NCBI GenBank assembly: GCA_010015585.1
Contig: ML975151.1
From: Eremomyces bilateralis CBS 781.70
Taxonomy: Eukaryota
Strand: one strand, 5' to 3'
Length of the DNA stretch: 64,000 nucleotides
Below the pieces are notes generated by a model that was not told where the DNA came from, made no database searches, and saw nothing but the letters and a program-made list of their open reading frames with translations. Below, one piece after another: positions 37,691 to 50,000 of this stretch (position 1 is its first letter; every line of letters begins with the position of its first letter). The translations under genes and the position numbers were made by a program.

Positions 37691-39162
37691 ACCTGATTGT
37701 GGCAGCATCCATACACCCCTCCTCCCTGCCCTTGGTAGGCACCACCCTCCCCCACAGTCCACACTTCAATGTCCACAGGCACCCGTTGGTACCCTTTTGG
37801 TGGTGTCCAAGGAGAGTTGCACCCACCCCCATCCCCCCAGACACCCACCGGAAGACCCAAAGAGATCTCCATTAAGCATCAAATCCACCTCTACCCACCG
37901 CAAGATCCTCAAGGCTTACTTACCTACAATAACTAACCCATAAGCACTCATTCATCTACAGCACCTCATTCACGTCACCAGCAACCTATCACAGCAAATC
38001 ATCTCAAAGCCAGCACATTACTGAATCAATTGCATTACTACCGATACAAGTGGCCCTCCCTCTGCAGTCTCCAGTCTCCAGTCTCCACGAATAAAGAGAT
38101 ATACCAGCCAGCCTGGTGTTGCATTTTGTTGCCATTGCCATGGCCAGCGCCCTCCGATCACGCATACCGGTATGTGGTCCCAATCCCCACCAAACCTGCA
38201 CCCAGCACTTGTGAATTATGGGTTCGTGTGTCTGCCTGTGTGCGGGTGCGCTAGTTTGCATCACAAACCGAATCCGCAAATCTAGAACAGAAGCAAACAA
38301 AGTGTGAAAGTCGAGTCGGGTCGAGTCGAGTCGAGGACAAGCGAGTTGGGTGGGTCAAACTAGGGAAAGAGACAGAAAGAGTGTAGGAAACAAAGGAATA
38401 TGAAAACCCGAAGCCCCGAAAGGTGAAAACCAGCCAGCCAGCCAGCCAGCCGACGTCCAGGTAGTAGCCCGTCCAGTCCAGTCCAGTCTATTCAGTCGGA
38501 CGTTCCCACCACCCTGCCGAACCGAACCGAACCCAGCCCCGTCATCCCAAGCCAGCCAGCAAACTCGCAAACCCCCGAAAAAGAGACAAATCAAAATCAA
38601 ACGATCAATCAAACCCCGGAAACTGAACCGAACGGGATTGTGCGCGACCCCGCGGGTACGATATGATACCCTCCGACCCCGCAAAATGCGGTAATGGAAA
38701 AAACAGGAGATAAGGAAGGGACGAATTACAAAGTGGGTAAGGTGTAGATAACACAAGTCTCGCGCACCCCGAAGGCGGGGCACTTCGAGAAGGGAACGTA
38801 TCGTATCAGAGGAGAAGGCAGGCCGTATGCTGGATGTGAGGGAAGGTGATGAAACAAGTGAGAGAGTGTGTGCGATGAACCGGTATGCGCAGCGCGTCCC
38901 GTGCCTCAAACGGGAGACACGGCACTGAAGATCGAACCATGGAAGCAGTAAGAGAAATTCGGAAAGCAGGGAGGAATCAATCTAGCAACTCCGCGCCATG
39001 CTCCGAAAACAGAATCCGAACCGATGATTTTGGTGAGGGGAGAACCGAGCGGTGGACCCAGATCGGGCCGTCGTGGCGTTCGATCCGAGATGACAAATGA
39101 AAAAGGAATCGTGGTCGTGGTATGGATGGGTGGGCGGTGAGGAGTGGTTAAGGAGCGGACGA

Positions 39163-42130
39163 TTAGTATGCCGTCTGCATTTCCAGGGCGCGCACGTTGG
39201 GCGGCGCGATGGCGGGGGTAGGGGTGGTGTGATGGTGGGAGACGGCGTCTTCGTAGCCGACGAGCGCCTGTGCGTGAAGCTTGAACGCTTCACCCATGAG
39301 TTTCGTGATACTGTGGCAATGCATGTCAGCGTAATTCCCAATGGACGTGCGGAACAGAAAGAGAGTCATGGGAAAATGGAAAAATGGAAAAATGGAAAAA
39401 TGGAAAACATACCCCCACACCACCACCTCATCGATCATGCCCCCCCAAATCCTCGCCACGGTGCTACTCAGCTTCGTCTCCCCTCCCTCCGCCTCCTCAT
39501 CCAGCAGCGTCCGCAGCTTGTTATACATCCCCACCTCCTCTTCCGTCGCCGGCTCCTCGTCGTGCTCCAGCCGATACAGCCACAGCGTCAGGATCACCAT
39601 CAGATCCATCCCGCACAGCGGATGCTCGATGCTCCAGTTCGTCGCGCTCGTCCGCGCCACCCAGCGGATCCCCTGCAGCGCTGCCACCTCGATGCACTCG
39701 TAGCATTCCTGGATCACCTTGATCATCTCCTCCGAGCGGGAGACGCGGTCGCGCGCCTGGGTCATCGCGCTGGCGACTTCGTAAGGGTCGTGGTAGCGGA
39801 GGACTTCCTGGATGGATTTGAGGTCGACAGCGAGGCGCGCGCGGGTGTTGCGGTAGAGCGCCATGGCGTTGAAGATGAGGGGGTGGCCTTTATGCGGGGC
39901 GGACAGCCGCACGACGACGGTCTCCGACTCGCACAGATCCAGGGACTTCTCCCAGGTCTCGAGGGCGAGCCGTAGCTTGTACTCGGTGACGACGTCCTGC
40001 AGGGCCTCCGGGCTGCGCTTGTGGTACCAGACTTCGAGGAACAAGGCGTTGATCATGACGCGGGTCGCGAAGGCGGAGTAGCGGATCGGCGAGTCGGAGA
40101 AGAGGTGGTCGTGCGCGGTTTTGAAGGTGAGGATGGCGGAGGAGGCGAGGGCGTCACGCCAGGCGGCGGCGGAGGACGGGTCGAGGGTCCAGAGGGATTC
40201 AGAGGAGGGGAGTTCGAGGGTGTCGAATTCGTTGAAGGCGATCGCCGGTGTGTGGTTGTAGGTGAGGGTGAGAAGGCCGAAGAAGATGTAGACGGCGTAG
40301 TAGGTGCGGCGGCATCCTTCGTCGAGGATCCAGTCGGCGTGGCTGGGTTGCGTGCCTTTGCGGGCTTCGGTGCGGAGTTGGAGTTCGAACCGGTTTCCGG
40401 CCACCATCTGTTATCGTTAGTGAAGACCTTTCAATAGGGGATGACTACGAACATTGGCAAGAAGACCCTTAATGGAACATGCCCATTCCAGGCCTTTGGG
40501 ATCCCCGCTCCAGCTAGCGAAGGTCATATTTAACAATGTACTCTGCATCGTCCACAACGGACATCTCCTCGAGCTGAAGTTTTCCTTGTTTTGCAAGAAC
40601 TGTTGGACCAGCACCTTCGAGCCAATGTGAAGCATGTACGCCTGATCTTGTTCGAAAGTGTAGAGAGCCCCGATGGAGAGGACCGCCAACAGCAACGGTG
40701 CTGCCGTCTCCGCCGGATCGAACGACGCAGGATGCAGGAAGGGCAGGTGATGATGGAACAGGTTGAAGTACGTCGACAGATACCGGTTGAGGACCGGCAT
40801 CGTCGGTAACTGGAAGGTGTCCAGCAGCGCCACTTCACTGTCGTGTCGCTTGATGTTCTCGAGGATTCGCGCGCATTGCTCTTCGTTCTGCACCTGCGGC
40901 GCCTTGGCGACGATCAATACCTGTCCTGGGCCCGGAGATCTTCGGTAGTCCACCGGAGACACGGGTCCCATCATGGATGGGAGGGGTGATAGCGCACCGG
41001 GAGTTCCCATGCAGGACATGTGGATGGACTCGTTCAGCGATTGCGCCATGTGTGCGGACGGCTCGGTATTCGACATGGTGCGTTCCATGATGGGTGGAAG
41101 CTGTGAAGCCATCGCCTGCACGGTCGAGGAGCTGTTGAATGTGAGATGTGATTCCTGCGAGCCGGAAATGCTGGACGAGATGGAGTGCGCTTTCGGTTCG
41201 CGGACGGTCTGCGGGAGGAACGAATCCCACGGCATCTGCGGAAGTGAAACCGATCCATTCGTCGTCGTGTACGGTCCAGTGGGCTCGAGGAGCGTGGGGC
41301 CGTTCGCCGAGATGACCGCGTCGGGCATGGCACCCACATGCATTCCCATGCTGTCAACGAACGCTTCGGGTTCTTGGCTCGCCATTGCTTTGTGATGAAA
41401 GTCAGTCATCAGCATTGCTGCGGTTTCGAGGTCTACCATGCCATCACTGCTGGCTTCAATCTGCTCTAACGTCGCCGAATCCAGGCCTAGTGCTGCGGCC
41501 GGCGGCTTCGCTGCCGGTGGTGCGTTGGCCGCGGCCGCATTCGTCTTCTGGTTATTTCGACGCTTATGTTCGCTGGTGAGGGGAATCCCTCCATCTTTCG
41601 CATGGACGGTACGGTCATGTCTTAAGAGCAGATCGCGACGGACGAACGTGCTGCGACATTTAAGGCATTTGAAAGGTCGTTCTTTTGTATCTAGATCGAG
41701 GCGAACACGTTAGCAGACGACCACCACGTATTCCTCGATTTGAGCGATAATTCTCCCGACACGGTTCGACCCCACGACGATCGTCATCGATCGAGTTTCA
41801 CGTCCCATGTCCAACGTCGACCAAACCGCTCAGTTCGCGTTGTCCATGAGCTTCCCCGCTTTCGCGACCCTCCATGCACGCGACTCGTCCACGTCCCCGC
41901 GTCCCATCGAACCGTGTCCTTTCACATGTAATGGACGAGAGCGGAAAAAAATGGTACTTACGCGACCGTTCATGACGACTTCGATGCTCGCTCCGGCTGA
42001 ATGCCCGATTGCAGAACTGACACTTGTATTTCTTCTCGGGAGCGCCGGGTTGCTTGCGACCGCCGGGGGTCGCGCTCGCGGTGGAGGGAGCGGCGGGTGC
42101 AACGGCCATGGTTGCAGTTGCGGCGGGCAT
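39163..42130 (-). CDS. C2H2 zinc-finger transcription factor with Fungal_trans domain (possibly AmdA-like), 4 exons
   Basis: YKCQFCNRAFSRSEHRSRHERSH-TKERPFKCLKCRSTFVRRDLLLRHDRTVH; YFNLFHHHLPFLH, LLLAVLSIGALY, EGCRRTYY, LPSSESLW. Introns 41691-41961, 40408-40452, 39311-39412. Confidence 0.92.
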
Positions 42131-45100
42131 TTAGAACGATGGGCGAACACGCCGGGGGGGATGGATATCTGAGGATGGTCGTTTGGTCGTGGTGATAGGC
42201 GAATTTGATGATCTTCGGCAGGCGGATGGAGATGGGGTGGTCCGGATGGTGGAGGAGCAGCAACTCGGGTTGCGCGAGGAGTTCAATTTGAAGGCGGGCA
42301 GGACGACAGTTGGTGTTTGACCGGGTGCATGCCGACGCATTTACTGGAAAGGGTATGGATGATATGTCGGGTCTGAGTTGGGTGAGGGAGTCGGGTTCGA
42401 TGCGTTTGCGAGGAGCCGTGGGTGACGATGATGATCGGAAGGGAAAGGGAAGGAGACAGCGTGGGCTTTTTCCGTGTTACGGGAAGATAGCGGCGGTGAA
42501 TGGAGGAAACTAAGCGTCGCCGACGACAAAGTATATGGATTCGGGATGTGCAGGAACAGTGAACAATCGTTGCCAGATGCAATTCAGTTGCGTGTACAAT
42601 GAATGGGACAATAGGTGGTGGAGGTGGAGGTGGCAGTTCGAAGAATTTGAGGGTATGGAGGGGAAGAGGGACTTTCTCAGCCAGGAAATGTGAGGGAGGG
42701 AGGGGAACTTTCATCCAGCTAAAGTTCAGGGTGAAAAGGTGGGCGGGACTGGAGGGGCCTTCGGTCTTCACGTTAGTGGGAGAAGGGAGAGGGAGACAGA
42801 GGGGGAAGACGCCAACAGAGTGTCGTGGTCATCCCATCGCCGTGCGTCCCTCCGTCTCCCTCTCGCTCCCAGCACTGACTCTGGTTGTGGCCTGTGTCAG
42901 GCTGTGGCTCTCGGCGACTCGGACTGGTGAGTGTCTGTGCTGAATCGCTGACTGCTGCAGTGCTGCTTTGCTTCTGCTTTCCCGCTTCGTACAAGTAAAA
43001 GGGGGATTTGCAACCCCCCCCTAAATCACAGCGGTTGAAACGTGAAACTTACACGGGACGGTTTGTCCGGGGCAAATCCCTCAATTTCCGTCTGGTTCGA
43101 TGCCCCACAGACGGGCGCTATGCCTGTTTTGATGATAATGTAATCAATAGGCGGGTGTTAAAGTTGTAACAATACGAAGGTCGACTACGGCATCCCGGGC
43201 GCATCTCATCATCTCATTTCGTTCATTTCCTCCCTCCCAAGGAAAAGTAACGTTGGTCCATCAGCGCTTCACGTTACATATCTTTGTCATTGTTTTGGAT
43301 CATGGATGTGATGTGATGAGATCCAGATAGGATGCCCATTCTTCCCCAAGATCGCTATTGATATCTCCTATTGTTATCCCCGGCCTTCCTCCGTCCTGCA
43401 TCATCCCTTCTTCACCCCAACCAACCCACTGTACCCCCCGCCGTGCCACCACCAATTCCACCCCCTCAGCTCGCCAGCCATGCCCCCGCGCACAACATGG
43501 CACAGGACACTCCATCTCCCCCCAAACCTGCAATCTCTCTCATTTCCGCATCATGGCCGTCTGCTTCATCAGTAGTGTTTCTGCCGGTCGACGATCCGGG
43601 CAACAACCGCCATGCGGCACCCAGCATCCTAGTTTTCTGCTCGTCAAAAGTGCCGCTCAAATTGCCCCTCCTTACATGTATCGTAGTGGAAGCGCGCGGG
43701 GCGGTTGCGGATACTTTTTTTGCGGTCCAGGGGTTGCTGTGAGGGCCGGAGATGCGCTGGCATATTGACGTCTCTTATAACGGACAGACGATCACTCATC
43801 ACCCCAAGGAATCCTTCACCACGCTGGCATCGTGAACTGGGTGCGTCCGATCAATAAAAATAACTCCATCCTTCCATGCGTGTCCTCGTCCGCTCGTTCG
43901 GATACGCCTTGATACCGCAGCCCTCCTCAACCCCCCCCGACCATCTTCAGAGCTCTCCCCATGAATCGTCAACGCTGCGATCGCCCAGCAAGGAAATGCT
44001 AATTTAGCTGCTGGCCATCATGCGTTGCGCCGTCCAGGATCCAATCGATCTGTCCCAACTCCCTCGTTTTCCCACCGCCGTCCCACATCGTGTCCTGTAC
44101 TCCTGCGACTGGTATCGGTGGCGGTGACAGACCGACAGGTCAATCCGAGCCAGATCGAACAGGTCTGCGTTGGGGTGAGCGTTCCGATAGGTCGCGGTCG
44201 GATGGACTGCTATGCGCGATTGCTATTGTGGGAGGGTTCAGCCACAGGATGGAAGTCATAGATAATCGATGCGAGGTGGATGTACACCGAATTTGTTGAG
44301 TGAGCCACTTGTTGTACATACTAACTACTACGCAAGGGTTGGAGAGGTCTTGGTGATTGTTCTTTGATCTTCACGTCAACTCGATACATCGAGGATGAGA
44401 TCCGTGGAAAACCAATCTCCAGGACGCCCACCAAATTGACCTATGTATATCCATTATCACAGAGCCACCCATGCCTCCGTAGCACATCCCTCTCATCAGG
44501 ATCCATCCCTCTCATCACGGCCTATGACCTCGCCGCAACGACCACTCATCTCCCCCTCCCATCTCGGCCCGCCCGCTCATCTCTCATTGTCCCAACCCCT
44601 CCATTTTCCCGATGCCCCAACCCACCAGTCCCCGCGCGCCCCTCCGTTCTCGACCCTCCATTCGCCAAGGGGTACGGGCCCGTCACCGAACGACTTCACG
44701 AATGACTTGAGACTTCCGCTCGATCCCGTCCTACATTGGTTTAATCATCAGGAGCAGCGGGGAGCGGAATTGCAGAATGACATAATACTAGGTATTCAAA
44801 GGCCCAAACCACGCCGCTCTTTTCTCACATCCCAAAAACCTCAATTCCCCTGACCATCGCCGCGATCATCGTAGCTTGGTGAGTCTAGCTCAGCCAGGCT
44901 TACTAGCACAATATTGTTCGGGACGGTGTCGTCACGTTAGCGGGGCTTTAAGGGGGAATCGCTGCTAGCGAGATGGTGATGATGTCTGATGATAATGCTC
45001 CGTAAAATATTGGATTTCTGCTTAGCACCGTACAACTCCAGCACACCGTACGAGCGTATCCGCCTTCCCCGGACCAACCGGGATGCACCACGGACTGGAG

Positions 45101-46943
45101 TCTGGAGTACCGGACTCATATGCTGGCTTCATGATAGCTTGTTTTCGACGCCAGGATGTAGGCTCTCATCCGCAAGGAAGATTTCTTCGTCGATACTCCA
45201 GACGTGCTAACGATATTGGCCGTCCGCTTCGAAATCAATTATATATAGTCATCTACATCGTCACTATTACTAAAAGCGAAAGTTCAATCCTCCATCGCGT
45301 TTAGATGGCCCGTCACACCGACGATAGGACAGCCGATACCGAGCGGCCGAGGGACCGTGGAAATCCCCACAACGTCCAGAATTCAGTTGCTAGACCACTG
45401 ATGACTGACCAGATACAGAGATCCACTGAATTCCAAAATGCTGGGCAAGGAACCCATGCCAGTCGATCAATTAGGTACGAAGAGTTCGCAGTTCGCAGTT
45501 CGCGCCTTTGACCTCGCCCATTCCCCCTTACGGCGCAGTTGCGGCGATTTCGTCTCATCGGCTTCATCTTTCCTCCAATCTTGAATTCGCGGTCCATTCG
45601 CCGCACTATGCGACCCGGCCGAATGGGCACCATTTCCGCAACGACATACTTATACAGGAATACTGTGTCCTTAAATCCTGATGTGTGCATCATCAATACG
45701 AAATCTCAAGCCCTGTGCAAATTAAACAAATCGCCATGTGCTCAGCCAATTTCCGAGGCGCGGGCCTGAATGCGCTGGGTGTGGTGGCCAGTGTGCAGTG
45801 CCCGCCTTCAGCCTTGGCTACCAAACGTTCCGAGTCCCAGTCCCTCGGTCCGGTGGAAGGTTTCTAGAAGACGGAGGTTTGGGGAGTTAGGACTTAGGAG
45901 TTAGGGGCGGGATGGCGGGGCACACTACAACACGTGTGGAGGGGGAAACGTCAATAAATTTTGAGGGGACACTGCGCCTAGGTAAGTGTAAACCGCATGG
46001 TTTGTCCGTGGATAGATAGAAGTATATTTGGTCCAAGTAAACAAGTGCCGCGGGTTCGCGGAATCGGAGTTTCGAGGATGGAAAAATTGCTGAGTTTAAC
46101 TTGAAGCGGCAGGTAGAGTTTCTGTTCGTACTACTGCATCTCCGACATTAATGATAGATGGAATTGTTAATAACAGGAGCTGGTTCACTGTGACGGTCGA
46201 CGGCCAGCTGCAGACATTCGTTATGAGGAGTCCAATCCAATATGCTAGTCAAAACGCCGGACGCAATAGAAGAGGGTTGTCCCTCATACAAAATCTCTTC
46301 TCCCGCAATAGCAGGTTGGAAAAACTGCTAAGACAGCAGAGAAACCCAACGCCTGATCCGTACGGTAATTATGCAAGGCACAACCAGAAAACACGCTTCC
46401 ATGCATGGTATGACAGGATCCGTACACTGCGGTCTGTACAGAGTAATGGCACTGCAATCAAGCGTCCGTACAACGTGCGGAAATTTGGCGGGCAAATCGC
46501 CCCGCTGGACTCATCACTATTCGACCGGTAGAAGCGAAATATGTGTGATTGGAGATGGTCGCAAGTGACACGACGTGGACGGAAATAGTTCGTAACACAT
46601 AAGATGCAGGACATCGGGATGCAAGGAAATGCATCTGGATAGAAGGATACTAATAATAATAGGACCGGGTTGGTAGCTATGGCGTCCGTAATGAAAACAA
46701 TAGGGATGCGAAAGCTAGTAAAGTAAGGGTTCAGTCAGAATTCTTGACTGAGCAAGACGTGAGCAAGGCATTATTGTTGGTATAGAAATGCAACTCTGAA
46801 ATCTAAATCCGGAAACTGTACGGAGTAGAACCATGTTAAGATTTGGGAGGAGCTCCAGAGCTCCAGTCCCCAACCGCGGCTCCTTTTCGGCAAATTCCAC
46901 ATAACATTATGTACCAAATTCCCCATTTCTTTCCATAAATGCT

Positions 46944-47057
46944 GGCAAGGTGGCCGAGTGGTTAAGGCGTTCGACTCAAGAAATGTTTTCTTACCTGTCC
47001 TTGGCAGGTCGCATTCGAATATGGAAACATGCAAGGGTTCGAATCCCTTCCTTGCCA
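46944..47057 (+). tRNA. tRNA-Leu(CAA) with ~32 nt intron
   Basis: Acceptor stem GGCAAGG/CCTTGCC+A; D arm TGGCCGAGTGGTTAAGGC; anticodon stem TTCGA/TCGAA around CT-CAA-G followed by an intron; long variable arm; T arm AGGGTTCGAATCCCT; downstream T runs. Confidence 0.95.
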
Positions 47058-50000
47058 TTTATTTTTGATTTTTTTGGAACTCTATTGTTCTCTTGATTGA
47101 GAATTCAATGTTTTGCAGGTTGAGATGGTGTTGTGTACAATATCAAACCATCGCCCCAGCTTCTCAACTTTTCATTGGTAACACACTTTGTGATCATATT
47201 GAAAGGCTCTCCCCCTCATTTCCTCTATCAGAATTAAGGGTGTCCCTGGTGGCTGTATTTTCCTGGCCATATGATAATATGAGATATCCAATATCTGCAT
47301 GTTATCCGTTCTCCTGGAAGCGGCTGTCCCTCAAAATGATCTAGTCACAAAAGCAATAACCTGTTACCTATTCCAACGCAATTACACGGACTTACTCCCA
47401 TAGTAGTGGTGATTGCATAATACTCAGCTGAATACAGAACCGGACCTCTCCCCCGCTCATCCTCCTATTCAGCTATTCTTCTTTCCATCCCACCTGTCGT
47501 AAACTCATGATTCATGAAACGCTCATCGATCCCAACCCTCTCACCAACCCACCACGCTGGACCCAACGCAGCCACCAACTCCCTCGCCCCGCCTGCCGGC
47601 CTCCGCGCCCTCGCGGGCTCCCCTCCGCGACCCATCAGCCCCCCTCACCCCCGCTGGTGGCCTCTCAACAACCCACTGTAATCGCATGACCGGCCACAAA
47701 CACTCATTTCATTTGCCCGCCATCCCGCCCATGATTCGTGGAGCGACATTACCGTTTCCCAACCGCGTGGAACGGGCGGGGACATGAGTCGTAATAATGG
47801 GTCCCAGATAGACTTTCCCTTCTGTATCCGGAGAATAGCGGAGGATTAGGGGTGCGGATTCTGCGAAATGATGGGATGGTGGGGTGTACAGCTGGGTTCA
47901 TCGGTTGAGATTTCGGAAACGTTGGAGGGGAAATGAAAGATGATGGAAAGGGGGTGGGATGAAAGTGGAGGAGGGCCCGGGATCAGCGTCCCAGAGCCGT
48001 GGAAAGGGGCGGCGAAGGCTGAGAGACGAGATGGTCGGTTGGCGAGTCATGCGGTCTGTATCCAACTTCAACTTCACACTTGAGATCATCGATAGACGAC
48101 ATCATTTCCCAACACGATGGCAGGGCAGTTCTTCAGCTTTACATTGAATGTTAGGAGATATGCTTGATTGTCTGTTCTGTCTATCTGCATATCTGACTTT
48201 AGAGTGATAAATAAGACAACTCTATTGATTGCCTGGTCAAGGGCTTCCCGCAAACAATCCGAACCGTCATAGAAGTGCTCTCATTCATGTTCTTACATTC
48301 TCAAACGACCTTTCTAGAACCAGTTCCACTTGATGGAGTTCAATAACTCGAGCCGTATTAAATCAGCCTGTCCTCCAAAAGCAGCCAGTCGCTTCGTTCC
48401 TTGGGGGGGAGGACCGAACAATACTGTCTGGAGCTACACATGCTGGAGATTGAAACTAGTTTGATAAACCAAGTAGGTAACTACGAATTAACAAGTACAT
48501 GCAACCCGTTTGTACAGCTTTGGGATATCGACCATCGTTTCTTTTGTATCTTGTCTCCTTGTCACCTCCCGATTCTTGTCCTTCGCCCTCACTGTCGTTG
48601 TTCTCGCTATCTCCCTCTTCGTCCATGGTCGGCTCGTCGAGCGGGTCGTCCGCGAAGTCTGTCGTGTAAAGACCGGAGACCGACTAACACGCCATCGCAC
48701 AATGGCCAGGAATTCACTCTTCCGATCAACTAACATCGACGTTGCGGCACACCTCCTACAGTTTCTTTCTATAAAGTCTCTATCTTTAAGTCCAGCTCCA
48801 GTGTCCCTTTGAGAAAAAACAATACGCCGACGATAATACCAGCGATAGTCATATCACCGGCCACACCACCTACCGCGATTCTAGCCTTGGAAGGAGAGGT
48901 ACCCCTTTTGGTGAATCGTTACCCGCTAGGGCCATTTCAGTAACGACGACGGTGGAACCACCCACGGTTACGTCGGAGGCTGTAGTGATTTCGGATGTTA
49001 GAAAGTCAAGTAGAATATTTCTGCTTCCTAAATTCTGAGTGACCGTCTTTGCGAAGAATATCCCGACAAACGTCCGGCCGCCTCCGTGTCCTGGATTTCC
49101 CGACGTTGGATAATGCCGTGAATACGCTCATCGTCCCGGAGTCGGTACTCTGAGTCCATTGCGGGCAGGTACACGTCACACGGATGATTCGGCCCCGACC
49201 AGGGTCCAATTGACGGCTCTCGAGTGCCTACACTTGCGGAAATATCGGTGCCTCCTTCGAGTACAAAGCGTTCGCGAATCGGTTTGTGAACGGTTATGCA
49301 GCGTCTCCGAACGCTACGGTGCCGAATATGGCCCAGCGGTAAAATATCAGCGCAGGCACCTTCCAGTTTCCTCCGTTGAGTACCCCAGAGTACGCGGCAG
49401 CCACCGCTGCGAGATTTCCACCTCCGACGGCACAGTTCTCGTATGGAATATGGCCGCTTGCCATGTACGCACGTGCTCCCCAGACCAAAACAGACGTAAG
49501 TAGTCCCAGAAGGATGACCTCAGTCCTTCAATAGGGTCACCCTCACATCGCATAGAAAACGGATAGATGTGTGCCACCTCGATTGGCTCGCCTGCCTTCG
49601 TAAGTACACAGTTCCTTTGGTCTCGCTCACGGCACTGACTATTATTAGCAAGAACTTAAATAGCCAATCAAGACAGACTAACCAGATCTCGCTGAGTTTT
49701 AGAGTGAGAAGGGCCCAACTGAGTATCACTAACCCCATTCCTATCGTTTCGAACCTTCCGGCCATCATCTTTGAAGAGTTTGGATCCATTTCCTCAACTC
49801 CTTTTGATCTTGCCTTTCTTCTGAGGTATGAGAAGTACCCAGCTCCTGGGTCGATTATTGAATAATGTATGCCATCCTTAATTCCCCCAAAATTCAAATC
49901 AATTCAGCTATTCTATCTGCGGCACAGCCGTCGTATTCAATGCTGTGCTCATCTCTTTCCCCGAACCAGTGATATGTTCTGCGATTTGGTCGTTGCTGAA

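Noticed and set aside
38300..39410. Short microsatellites (gagtc, ccag, ccgaa, ggaaaaat)
   Set aside because: Ordinary simple repeats in UTR or intron sequence.
45880..45910. ttagga/ttaggg telomere-like motifs
   Set aside because: Only three degenerate units.
46151..46531. 126 aa ORF upstream of the tRNA
   Set aside because: No motif or codon bias that I can recognise; unsupported.
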